The notes under the pieces: model-generated | What the model was told of the DNA's origin: nothing | Seen by the model: the letters and a program-made list of their open reading frames with translations, nothing else | The model's database searches: none | Shown: positions 44,777 to 54,225 of the stretch, piece after piece | Layout: each line of letters starts with the position of its first letter | Position numbering within the stretch: position 1 is the stretch's first letter | From: Escherichia phage 348Ecol098PP | Strand: one strand, 5' to 3' | Length of the DNA: 64,000 nucleotides | Sequence record: OR062947.1 | Made by a program: the position numbers and the translations under genes

Positions 44777-46461
44777 AATCATTTAAATTAAATCGTGTTC
44801 GTTATCAAAACATCATGTCGGTAGGTGGGAATCCTATTGACATCCAATTAGATAAAGTCCAAAAGACATTAATCACTGGTAAAAATGGTGGTGGTAAATC
44901 TACGATGTTAGAAGCCATTACTTTCGGACTTTTCGGTAAACCATTTCGTGATGTTAAGAAAGGGCAAATCATTAATAGCACGAACAAGAAAGAGCTCTTA
45001 GTTGAGCTTTGGATGGAATTCGATGGTAAAAAATACTTCATTAAACGTGGCCAAAAGCCCAATATTTTCGAAATCTCCGTTGACGGTGTTCGTCTCGATG
45101 AATCTGCCAGCAGTCGTGACTTCCAAGAAGAATTTGAACGTAGCATCGGAATGTCATACGCGTCTTTTAAACAAATCGTTGTGCTTGGGACGGCAGGGTA
45201 TACCCCTTTCATGGCTCTTAGCACCCCTGCTCGTAGAAAACTTGTCGAAGACCTTTTAGAAGTCGGCACACTCGCTGAAATGGATAAAATCAATAAGTCT
45301 CAAGTTCGAGAACTTAATTCCCAGGGACAAGTTCTCGATGCCAAGAAAGATGGTGTTATCCAACAAATTAAGATTTATAACGAGAATATCGAACGTCAAA
45401 AGAAATTATCTGGTGATAATGTAGCGCGTCTACAGAATATGTATGATGACCTAGCCAAAGAAGCTCGTTCATTAAAAGCAGAAATCGAAGAAGCTAATGA
45501 GCGACTACTTAATATCGTTCTTGATGAAGACCCTACTGAGGCATTCAACAAGATCGGACAAGAAGCATTCTTGATTAAATCTAAAATCGACTCATATAAC
45601 AAAGTTATTAAGATGTATCATGACGGTGGCACATGTCCTACTTGTGCGTCACAGTTGCACCAGGGTGACCCTATTGTCTCTAAGATTACCGATAAGCTTC
45701 ATGAATGTAATCACTCATTCGAGCAACTTACATGTCACAGAGATAATCTGAGTGTCCTAGTGGACGAATATAGAGCTAATGTTAAGACTAAACAGGACCT
45801 TGCATCTGATATTCGTACCAAGAAACAAGCAATGATTGCCACTATTGATAAAGCTAAGAAAGTTAAAGCTGCAATAGAACAAGCCTCGGCGGAATTTATC
45901 GACCATGCCGATGAGATAGCTTTGCTTCAAAAAGAACTTGATAAAATCATTAAAACAAAATCAGATATCGTTCTTGAAAAATACCATCGTGGTATTATCA
46001 CAGATATGTTAAAAGATTCTGGTATTAAAGGTGCTATCATTAAAAAATACGTGCCTCTGTTCAACAAGCAGATTAACCATTATCTTAAAATCATGGAAGC
46101 TGATTACGTGTTTTCTATTGACGAAGAATTCAATGAATCTATAAAATCACGTGGCCGCGAAGAGTTCAGTTATGCTTCATTTAGTCAAGGTGAAAAAGCA
46201 CGTATCGATATCGCGTTATTGTTTACATGGCGAGATATTGCTGAAAAGGTCTCTGGTGTTAGAATCAATACATTAATTATGGACGAAGTCATGGATTCCG
46301 CGACTGATTCTGAAGGTATTAAAGCTATTTCAACAATTCTTAACTCTCTAACCGATGCAAACGTGTTTATAATTAGTCACAGAGACCATGACCCACAAGC
46401 TTATGGACAGCATTTGCAAATGAGCAAAGTTGGACGATTTACTGTAATGAAAGCCTCTTAA
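44773..46461 (+). CDS. 46: recombination endonuclease subunit gp46 (Rad50-like ATPase)
   Basis: 562 aa; Walker A GKNGGGKST, zinc hook CPTC, signature and Walker B near C-terminus. Confidence 0.9.
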   Translation: MKSFKLNRVRYQNIMSVGGNPIDIQLDKVQKTLITGKNGGGKSTMLEAITFGLFGKPFRDVKKGQIINSTNKKELLVELWMEFDGKKYFIKRGQKPNIFEISVDGVRLDESASSRDFQEEFERSIGMSYASFKQIVVLGTAGYTPFMALSTPARRKLVEDLLEVGTLAEMDKINKSQVRELNSQGQVLDAKKDGVIQQIKIYNENIERQKKLSGDNVARLQNMYDDLAKEARSLKAEIEEANERLLNIVLDEDPTEAFNKIGQEAFLIKSKIDSYNKVIKMYHDGGTCPTCASQLHQGDPIVSKITDKLHECNHSFEQLTCHRDNLSVLVDEYRANVKTKQDLASDIRTKKQAMIATIDKAKKVKAAIEQASAEFIDHADEIALLQKELDKIIKTKSDIVLEKYHRGIITDMLKDSGIKGAIIKKYVPLFNKQINHYLKIMEADYVFSIDEEFNESIKSRGREEFSYASFSQGEKARIDIALLFTWRDIAEKVSGVRINTLIMDEVMDSATDSEGIKAISTILNSLTDANVFIISHRDHDPQAYGQHLQMSKVGRFTVMKAS

Positions 46462-47174
46462 TGAGGCTTATGTTTACAGTTATCAAAATGCCAACGACGC
46501 ATATTAGCAGGGATCCCTATTTTATCGCAATGAGGACATTTAATTTTCTTGTCCTCTTTTTTCTTTCTGTTAGGATTTGATTTACAGAATTTTATATGCG
46601 GCTTTAACGCCGATAACTTAGTAGTTAAGCCACAAAACGGACAAGAATCTTCTTTCCAAATTTTCGTGGCCATGGTTTTAATTATTTTATCTTTTGTTTC
46701 TTGATCAAGTTTTACTATTTTAGGCGTAGGGCCTTGTTTACAGTTATCAAAATGCCAACGTCTCATGTTTCCTTCAGTGCCGGTTAAACCGCAGTGTGGA
46801 CATGTAATCTTTGGTTTATTTTTTGCCGACTCAGACATTTTCTTACGAGTTTCAGCAGTGAATTCTTTGTTCTTTTGAACTTCTTGATTCTTACGTCGAA
46901 GCCATCCAAATAATTTGTTTTTGCTTCTATCTGCTTTAGGAGATGAGATAGTCATCATACGAGCAGCATATATTAAAGAGGCATTATCTGGATGGATTTT
47001 TACCAACAGTTGATGTGCCAAATAATGTTCTTCCGGTGTTAAGTCTACTAAGTTTAAAGCATCATCACTTCCACCTAAACATTGTGGTATAATGTGATGA
47101 CGTTCTGTATAACCATCTAAACTTCTTGATTTAGCATTGGTGATAAGCTTTTCGTATATTGAGTTATAATTCAT
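46458..47174 (-). CDS. HNH homing endonuclease with three C-terminal Cys-His repeats
   Basis: HNH motif ERHHIIPQCLGGSDDALNLVDLTPEEHYLAH; repeated CPHCG...MRRWHFDNCK; only minus-strand gene in an all-plus region. Confidence 0.75.
   Translation of the reverse strand: MNYNSIYEKLITNAKSRSLDGYTERHHIIPQCLGGSDDALNLVDLTPEEHYLAHQLLVKIHPDNASLIYAARMMTISSPKADRSKNKLFGWLRRKNQEVQKNKEFTAETRKKMSESAKNKPKITCPHCGLTGTEGNMRRWHFDNCKQGPTPKIVKLDQETKDKIIKTMATKIWKEDSCPFCGLTTKLSALKPHIKFCKSNPNRKKKEDKKIKCPHCDKIGIPANMRRWHFDNCKHKPH
46458..47174 (-). mobile_element. free-standing HNH homing endonuclease gene between 46 and 45.2
   Basis: Opposite orientation to neighbours; internal 30-nt direct repeats (46471 and 46737). Confidence 0.6.
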
Positions 47175-47227
47175 TTACTAAATCCTTATTTGATACAGCA
47201 ACAGATAAATTGATAAACCTATTTATA

Positions 47228-47253
47228 TTGCTTTAATCTCGGAGATTTATAAT
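47228..47253 (+). promoter_or_regulatory. candidate MotA-dependent middle promoter
   Basis: MotA-box-like TTGCTTTA, 12-nt spacer, -10 TATAAT. Confidence 0.45.
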
Positions 47254-47443
47254 GGCGGAGTATTCAACTGGCCAACATCTTCTCGTTGTCCCTGAAATTA
47301 AAAAATATGTTTTGACCAATACGTTTTCAGGTGAAGAACATATTGTTACTGAACAAATGCTCAAATCTGCTTTTAAAGATGAGTATAATAAAATAATGTC
47401 TAATCGCAATTCCGCATGGACAGTTACCGACTTCTACGAATAA
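47252..47443 (+). CDS. 45.2: gp45.2-like hypothetical protein
   Basis: 63 aa, position between 46 and rpbA. Confidence 0.55.
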   Translation: MAEYSTGQHLLVVPEIKKYVLTNTFSGEEHIVTEQMLKSAFKDEYNKIMSNRNSAWTVTDFYE

Positions 47444-47455
47444 GAGAGAAATAAT

Positions 47456-47872
47456 ATGTTTACTACTGCTAAAGGTTTCACTGCTGCTGATCTGAAAGTT
47501 ACTTCTATCCGTACTGACGCTAACCCACATAACCATAATCGTGTTCGTAAAGCATGGGTCCTGCATTGTGATGACGCAAGTGCTAAAAAACTCCAATCTT
47601 TGCCACAAGAAACTCGTTTTATGATTTATGGTTTTATTGATAACGATGTATCTGATATGTGGATTCATCTGATGCGTAAGCACTATAAAGATTCTATTGA
47701 AGCCGGCGGAAAAATCGTTCTTGATAAAGATGGTTCTGAGCGTCTGGAAGATTTCTACTGTGTTGATGCCGACGAACAACTAATTGCAGCTGGCGAAATT
47801 GTTGCTTCTAAAATTCCAGAATATATTGAATCACTGCCTGAAGCTATTAAAAAGCAGATGGTTGCTGCATAA
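47456..47872 (+). CDS. rpbA: RNA polymerase-binding protein RpbA
   Basis: 138 aa, immediately upstream of gene 45. Confidence 0.65.
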   Translation: MFTTAKGFTAADLKVTSIRTDANPHNHNRVRKAWVLHCDDASAKKLQSLPQETRFMIYGFIDNDVSDMWIHLMRKHYKDSIEAGGKIVLDKDGSERLEDFYCVDADEQLIAAGEIVASKIPEYIESLPEAIKKQMVAA

Positions 47873-47914
47873 TAAATTTGTTATAAACTTTGAATTGTCT
47901 TGAAAGGAAATAAA

Positions 47915-48601
47915 ATGAAACTGTCTAAAGATACTATCGCTATTCTGAAAAACTTTGCCTCTATTAACTCTGGCATTCTGCTGAGTCAAGGTAAATTTAT
48001 TATGACTCGTGCAGTTAATGGCACCACTTATGCGGAAGCAAATATCTCTGATGAAATTGATTTTGACGTAGCACTTTATGATTTGAATAGCTTCTTAAGC
48101 ATTTTGAGTCTAGTGTCTGATGATGCCGAAATTTCAATGCACACCGATGGCAATATTAAAATTGCAGATACACGTTCCACAGTTTATTGGCCTGCCGCTG
48201 ACAAGAGCACCATTGTTTTTCCTAATAAGCCAATTCAATTCCCAGTGGCTTCTGTGATTACTGAAATTAAAGCCGAAGACCTTCAACAATTGCTTCGAGT
48301 TTCACGTGGTCTTCAGATTGATACAATTGCTATTACAAATAAAGATGGTAAAATTGTTATCAATGGCTATAATAAAGTTGAAGATTCTGGACTAACTCGT
48401 CCTAAGTATTCTTTGACTCTTACCGATTATGATGGTTCTAACAATTTTAACTTCGTAATCAATATGGCTAATATGAAAATCCAGCCAGGTAACTATAAAG
48501 TAATGTTGTGGGGAGCTGGTGATAAAGTTGCAGCCAAGTTTGAAAGCCCTCAAGTAAGTTATGTTATTGCGATGGAAGCCGATTCTACTCACGACTTCTA
48601 A
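47915..48601 (+). CDS. 45: sliding clamp gp45
   Basis: MKLSKDTIAILKNFASINSGILL... Confidence 0.9.
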   Translation: MKLSKDTIAILKNFASINSGILLSQGKFIMTRAVNGTTYAEANISDEIDFDVALYDLNSFLSILSLVSDDAEISMHTDGNIKIADTRSTVYWPAADKSTIVFPNKPIQFPVASVITEIKAEDLQQLLRVSRGLQIDTIAITNKDGKIVINGYNKVEDSGLTRPKYSLTLTDYDGSNNFNFVINMANMKIQPGNYKVMLWGAGDKVAAKFESPQVSYVIAMEADSTHDF

Positions 48602-48676
48602 GTCAAAGCTTTACGTTTATTGTGATACGATTATGGAGGAGAAATCCTCCAGTTTAATGATAATGAGGAAAATTAC

Positions 48677-49639
48677 ATGATTACTATCAATTCCAAAGAA
48701 CACATTCTAGAACAGAAATATCGTCCTTCTTCCATTGACGAATGTATTCTGCCTGCGTATGACCATGAAACATTCAAGTCTTTAGTATCTAAAGGAAAAC
48801 TTCCTCATATTATTTTGCACTCTCCTTCTCCTGGTACAGGTAAAACAACCGTAGCAAAAGCATTATGTAACGATATCAACGCTGAAATGATGTTCGTCAA
48901 CGGTTCTGATTGTAAAATTGATTTTGTACGTGGACCGTTAACTGCATTTGCTCGTTCAGTCTCAATGGAAGGCAAGCCGAAAGTTATTGTTATCGATGAA
49001 TTTGACCGTAGTGGCCTCGCCGAATCACAACGTCACCTTCGTACATTCATGGAAGAATTCTCTAGTAACTGTTCTATTATTATTACTGCTAACAACATCG
49101 ATGGAATTATTGAACCATTACGTAGTCGTTGTCGAGTTATCGAATTCGGACGTCCAACCGAAGAAGATAAAATCTCGATGATGAAGAAAATGATTCATCG
49201 TATGGTTGAAATCTGTAAGAACGAAAATATCGAAATCGCTGATATGAAAGTTGTTGCAGCTCTGGTTAAAAAGAACTTCCCGGACTTTCGTCGTACAATT
49301 GGCCAATTAGACCAGTACTCGTCTAAAGGTGTTCTTGATGCGGGTATTTTGTCTATCGTAACTAATGACCGTGGCACAGTCTCTGATGTTATCGAAGCAA
49401 TGAAGAACAAAGATATCAAACAGCTTCGTGCATTAGCTCCAAAATATGCCGCAGATTATTCATGGTTCATCGATAAATTAGTTTCAGAATGTTATGACCA
49501 AGTTGCACCCGGTAAAAGTATTATTTCGCTTTATGAAATTGCAGGCGAAAATAATAAGTTTCATGGACTAGCTAGTAATATTGAATTACATGTTATGTAT
49601 ATGCTTCTTCAACTGACCTGCGAACTGACTTGGAAATAA
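48677..49639 (+). CDS. 44: clamp loader large subunit gp44
   Basis: AAA+ motifs [17 protein letters not shown]. Confidence 0.9.
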   Translation: MITINSKEHILEQKYRPSSIDECILPAYDHETFKSLVSKGKLPHIILHSPSPGTGKTTVAKALCNDINAEMMFVNGSDCKIDFVRGPLTAFARSVSMEGKPKVIVIDEFDRSGLAESQRHLRTFMEEFSSNCSIIITANNIDGIIEPLRSRCRVIEFGRPTEEDKISMMKKMIHRMVEICKNENIEIADMKVVAALVKKNFPDFRRTIGQLDQYSSKGVLDAGILSIVTNDRGTVSDVIEAMKNKDIKQLRALAPKYAADYSWFIDKLVSECYDQVAPGKSIISLYEIAGENNKFHGLASNIELHVMYMLLQLTCELTWK

Positions 49640-49640
49640 T

Positions 49641-50204
49641 ATGAACTTATTCGATGATGACGTCCGGCTTAACGAGCACCAAATTGCATGGAAGTCTAAT
49701 GACGCTGATGCGATTCAAAAATGTGCTGATATGTTTAAAGAAAAACCTGAGAATGGATTCTTTAAAATCATTAATGCTATTAATGAAAAGAAATCTATGT
49801 CAATTGCTCAGGTCGACTATTCAAAATTTATGGTTGAGAACTCATTATCCCAGTTCCCAGAATGTATGCCAGCTGTTTACATGATGAACTTAGTCGGTTC
49901 TGAATTAAGTGATGAAGCGCACTTCAACTATATGATGGCGGCAATTCCGCGTGGTCGTCGATTCTCTAAATGGGCTAAACTAGTCGAAGACACTTCAGAG
50001 TTACTAGTTATCAAACTGTTGATGAAACATTACACAATCAACATGAATGATGCTACTGAGTATAAGCGGCTCCTTGAAAAAAATAACAAGTTGCCAATAG
50101 TCCTTAAAGAACTGAAGGCCATGGTCACTGATGAGTTTCTCAAAGAAGTTACAAAAAATGTGAAAGAACAAAAACAATTTAAAAAATTAGCATTGGAATG
50201 GTAA
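49641..50204 (+). CDS. 62: clamp loader small subunit gp62
   Basis: 187 aa directly coupled to 44. Confidence 0.85.
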   Translation: MNLFDDDVRLNEHQIAWKSNDADAIQKCADMFKEKPENGFFKIINAINEKKSMSIAQVDYSKFMVENSLSQFPECMPAVYMMNLVGSELSDEAHFNYMMAAIPRGRRFSKWAKLVEDTSELLVIKLLMKHYTINMNDATEYKRLLEKNNKLPIVLKELKAMVTDEFLKEVTKNVKEQKQFKKLALEW

Positions 50205-50206
50205 AA

Positions 50207-50575
50207 ATGATTGAAATTAAATTGAAGAACCCTGAAGATTTTCTGAAAGTCAAAGAGACTCTGACCCGTATGGGCATCGCTAATAACAAGGATAAAGTCC
50301 TTTACCAGTCTTGTCATATCCTCCAAAAGCAAGGTAAATACTATATCGTCCACTTTAAAGAAATGCTGCGTATGGACGGACGTCAGGTTGATATTGACGG
50401 TGAAGACTATCAGCGACGTGATTCGATTGCTCAGTTGCTTGAAGACTGGGGATTGATTGTTATTGAAGATTCTGCTCGTGAAGATCTATTTAGCCTGACT
50501 AATAACTTCCGAGTTATCTCTTTTAAACAGAAAGATGACTGGACTTTGAAAGCAAAATATACAATTGGTAATTAA
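50207..50575 (+). CDS. regA: translational repressor RegA
   Basis: MIEIKLKNPEDFLKVKETLTRMGIANNKDKVLYQSCHILQK... Confidence 0.9.
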   Translation: MIEIKLKNPEDFLKVKETLTRMGIANNKDKVLYQSCHILQKQGKYYIVHFKEMLRMDGRQVDIDGEDYQRRDSIAQLLEDWGLIVIEDSAREDLFSLTNNFRVISFKQKDDWTLKAKYTIGN

Positions 50576-50581
50576 AGCAAT

Positions 50582-50599
50582 GGGACTTCGGTCCCATTT
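50582..50599 (+). terminator. hairpin after regA (terminator and/or gene 43 translational operator)
   Basis: gggac-ttcg-gtccc followed by aTTT, 58 nt before gene 43. Confidence 0.45.
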
Positions 50600-50656
50600 G
50601 GAGTATAATAAGTTCATCAACAAACAAAAGACAATAACTCGTCTAAAGGAAATTAA

Positions 50657-53368
50657 ATGAAAGAATTTTACTTAACGGTTGAACAGATTGGTGATTCAAT
50701 TTTTGAACGTTACATCGATTCTAACGGCCGTGAACGTACTCGTGAAGTAGAATATAAACCATCACTGTTTGCTCATTGTCCAGAAAGTCAGGCTACGAAA
50801 TATTTCGATATCTACGGTAAGCCGTGTACTCGTAAGTTGTTCGCTAATATGCGTGATGCCTCCCAATGGATTAAACGCATGGAAGATATCGGTCTTGAAG
50901 CACTTGGCATGGACGATTTCAAATTGGCGTATTTGTCTGACACTTATAACTATGAAATCAAATACGACCATACAAAAATTCGTGTGGCTAACTTCGACAT
51001 CGAAGTAACATCTCCCGATGGGTTCCCTGAGCCATCACAAGCAAAACATCCGATTGATGCTATCACCCATTATGACTCAATTGACGACAGGTTCTACGTA
51101 TTTGATCTATTGAATTCTCCATATGGTAATGTAGAAGAATGGTCTATTGAAATCGCTGCTAAGCTTCAAGAACAAGGCGGTGATGAAGTTCCATCCGAAA
51201 TTATCGATAAAATCATTTATATGCCGTTCGATAACGAAAAAGAATTGTTGATGGAATATCTCAACTTCTGGCAACAGAAAACTCCTGTCATTTTGACTGG
51301 ATGGAACGTTGAGTCATTTGATATTCCATATGTGTATAACCGAATCAAGAATATTTTTGGCGAATCTACTGCGAAACGTTTATCACCACATCGTAAAACT
51401 CGTGTTAAAGTTATCGAAAACATGTATGGTTCTCGTGAAATCATTACATTGTTCGGTATCTCTGTTCTTGATTACATTGACCTTTACAAAAAATTCTCTT
51501 TTACCAATCAACCATCGTATTCTCTGGATTACATTTCAGAATTTGAATTGAACGTTGGTAAACTGAAATATGACGGCCCTATTTCTAAGCTTCGTGAAAG
51601 CAATCACCAACGATATATTTCTTATAACATTATCGACGTGTATCGTGTATTGCAAATTGATGCTAAGCGTCAGTTCATCAACTTGAGTTTGGACATGGGT
51701 TATTATGCTAAAATTCAGATTCAATCTGTGTTTAGCCCAATTAAAACATGGGATGCTATTATTTTTAATAGCCTTAAAGAGCAGAACAAGGTGATTCCAC
51801 AAGGTCGTTCTCACCCGGTTCAACCTTATCCTGGCGCTTTTGTTAAGGAACCTATTCCAAATCGATACAAATATGTAATGAGTTTCGACCTTACATCTCT
51901 GTATCCAAGTATTATTCGCCAAGTGAATATTAGCCCGGAAACAATAGCAGGAACGTTTAAAGTAGCTCCATTGCATGATTATATTAACGCAATCGCTGAA
52001 CGTCCTTCAGATGTGTACAGTTGTTCTCCTAACGGCATGATGTATTATAAAGACCGTGATGGTGTAGTTCCAACTGAAATCACTAAAGTCTTTAATCAAC
52101 GTAAAGAACATAAAGGTTATATGCTTGCGGCTCAACGTAATGGCGAAATAATTAAAGAGGCATTGCATAATCCTAATCTTTCTGTTGATGAACCATTAGA
52201 TGTTGATTATCGTTTCGACTTCAGTGATGAGATTAAAGAAAAGATTAAAAAGTTGTCTGCTAAATCTCTTAATGAAATGTTGTTTAGAGCTCAACGTACT
52301 GAAGTTGCAGGTATGACTGCCCAAATTAACCGTAAATTGCTTATCAACTCACTTTATGGTGCACTTGGAAACGTTTGGTTCCGTTATTATGATTTGCGTA
52401 ATGCTACTGCAATCACAACATTTGGTCAAATGGCTTTACAGTGGATTGAACGTAAAGTTAATGAATATCTGAATGAAGTTTGTGGTACAGAAGGTGAAGC
52501 TTTCGTTCTTTATGGTGATACAGACTCTATTTACGTATCTGCTGATAAAATTATCGATAAGGTTGGTGAATCTAAATTCCGTGATACCAACCATTGGGTA
52601 GACTTCTTAGATAAGTTTGCACGTGAACGTATGGAACCAGCTATTGATAGAGGTTTCCGTGAAATGTGTGAATACATGAACAATAAACAACACTTAATGT
52701 TCATGGACCGAGAAGCTATCGCTGGTCCTCCACTTGGTTCTAAAGGTATTGGTGGATTCTGGACTGGTAAGAAACGTTATGCATTAAACGTGTGGGATAT
52801 GGAAGGTACTCGTTACGCTGAGCCTAAACTCAAAATCATGGGTCTAGAGACTCAGAAATCTTCGACTCCTAAAGCAGTACAGAAAGCTCTTAAAGAATGT
52901 ATTCGTCGTATGCTTCAAGAAGGTGAAGAATCATTACAAGAATATTTTAAAGAGTTTGAAAAAGAATTCCGTCAATTGAATTATATTAGCATCGCGTCTG
53001 TATCTTCTGCGAATAACATTGCTAAATATGATGTTGGTGGATTCCCTGGCCCCAAATGCCCATTCCATATTCGTGGAATTCTGACGTATAACCGGGCTAT
53101 CAAAGGTAATATCGATGCACCGCAAGTTGTAGAAGGTGAAAAAGTATATGTTCTGCCTTTACGTGAAGGAAACCCATTCGGTGATAAATGTATCGCATGG
53201 CCTTCTGGTACTGAAATCACAGATTTAATTAAAGACGACGTACTTCATTGGATGGACTACACTGTTCTCCTTGAGAAGACATTTATTAAACCACTTGAAG
53301 GATTCACATCAGCAGCGAAACTCGATTACGAGAAGAAAGCATCTCTGTTCGATATGTTCGATTTTTGA
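50657..53368 (+). CDS. 43: DNA polymerase gp43 (family B)
   Basis: 903 aa; exo motifs FDIEV, YNIIDVYRV, pol motifs DxxSLYPS, YGDTDS; N-terminus MKEFYLTVEQIGDSIFERYIDSNGRERTREVEYKPSLFAH matches recalled RB69 gp43. Confidence 0.97.
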   Translation: MKEFYLTVEQIGDSIFERYIDSNGRERTREVEYKPSLFAHCPESQATKYFDIYGKPCTRKLFANMRDASQWIKRMEDIGLEALGMDDFKLAYLSDTYNYEIKYDHTKIRVANFDIEVTSPDGFPEPSQAKHPIDAITHYDSIDDRFYVFDLLNSPYGNVEEWSIEIAAKLQEQGGDEVPSEIIDKIIYMPFDNEKELLMEYLNFWQQKTPVILTGWNVESFDIPYVYNRIKNIFGESTAKRLSPHRKTRVKVIENMYGSREIITLFGISVLDYIDLYKKFSFTNQPSYSLDYISEFELNVGKLKYDGPISKLRESNHQRYISYNIIDVYRVLQIDAKRQFINLSLDMGYYAKIQIQSVFSPIKTWDAIIFNSLKEQNKVIPQGRSHPVQPYPGAFVKEPIPNRYKYVMSFDLTSLYPSIIRQVNISPETIAGTFKVAPLHDYINAIAERPSDVYSCSPNGMMYYKDRDGVVPTEITKVFNQRKEHKGYMLAAQRNGEIIKEALHNPNLSVDEPLDVDYRFDFSDEIKEKIKKLSAKSLNEMLFRAQRTEVAGMTAQINRKLLINSLYGALGNVWFRYYDLRNATAITTFGQMALQWIERKVNEYLNEVCGTEGEAFVLYGDTDSIYVSADKIIDKVGESKFRDTNHWVDFLDKFARERMEPAIDRGFREMCEYMNNKQHLMFMDREAIAGPPLGSKGIGGFWTGKKRYALNVWDMEGTRYAEPKLKIMGLETQKSSTPKAVQKALKECIRRMLQEGEESLQEYFKEFEKEFRQLNYISIASVSSANNIAKYDVGGFPGPKCPFHIRGILTYNRAIKGNIDAPQVVEGEKVYVLPLREGNPFGDKCIAWPSGTEITDLIKDDVLHWMDYTVLLEKTFIKPLEGFTSAAKLDYEKKASLFDMFDF

Positions 53369-53408
53369 TATAATGACATGGACGGTAAACTAATTAAACG
53401 AGAGAAAT

Positions 53409-54044
53409 ATGAAAACTACTCCTATTACTATCGCTATTGACGCAATCATAAAACAATCTTCTTCTTTGGCCGCTATGGCCAAAGTAATTAGTCAAAACCC
53501 TGCTCGTTATAATGCTATTCTAGAAACTCTTCGACGTCCGGGACTTAGTAATTATGAAAGTCGTGTAATTATTACAGGTGTTGGTAAGAATGCTAATATT
53601 GCAACTAAAGCTTCTGAGACATTTGCTTCACTCGGTATCCCGAGTATGTACTTGAACACTGGGCATTATTCTCACGGCGATGCAGGATTCATTGCGCCTA
53701 ATGATGTGTTGATTCATATTAGTCGTTCTGGTAAAACTGAAGAAATGATAGGCGTGGCTAAGCATCTTAAAATGATTCGACCGAACGTCAAACAGATTCT
53801 GTTGCATTGTAACCCAGACATTCCACAAGAAAATGAAGCCCTTTTTGATTACTCTTTCTGTACAGGCATCGCAGTAGAGGTTGATGAGAATTCTCTGGCT
53901 CCGACTATGTCCACTACATTGTTGTTAGCGCTTATCGATACGTTTGCTATCAACCTTTCGTCTGAACGTGGATTTACCTCTAATGATTTCCTTAAGTTCC
54001 ATCCAGGCGGTGCACTAGGTGCCATGTTACGAGGCGAGCAATGA
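53409..54044 (+). CDS. SIS-domain sugar-phosphate isomerase (KdsD/GutQ-like arabinose-5-phosphate isomerase core)
   Basis: ITGVGKNANIATKASETFASLGIPS...HGDAG...ISRSGKTEE...LAPTMSTT matches SIS/KdsD pattern. Confidence 0.8.
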   Translation: MKTTPITIAIDAIIKQSSSLAAMAKVISQNPARYNAILETLRRPGLSNYESRVIITGVGKNANIATKASETFASLGIPSMYLNTGHYSHGDAGFIAPNDVLIHISRSGKTEEMIGVAKHLKMIRPNVKQILLHCNPDIPQENEALFDYSFCTGIAVEVDENSLAPTMSTTLLLALIDTFAINLSSERGFTSNDFLKFHPGGALGAMLRGEQ

Positions 54045-54225
54045 AAGCAATAACAATAGGACTTTTACTATTGATGCTTGTCATGACTATCTACTGGAGC
54101 TTAACGGCTCCAGTAATGATTCCAACACTTGTAATTGGATGGATTATGATTGGACTACAAGCAAAGTATGAATGCTTTAACTAGAATAGTGTACAATACT
54201 CCTACTTACCAATGAGGACCACAAC

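Noticed and set aside
44805-45293. 162-aa minus-strand ORF within gene 46
   Set aside because: Nested antisense ORF inside a conserved Rad50-like gene; no independent signals.
51217-51976. Several ORFs on both strands inside DNA polymerase gene 43
   Set aside because: Alternative-frame artefacts within a 903-aa gene whose frame is unambiguous.
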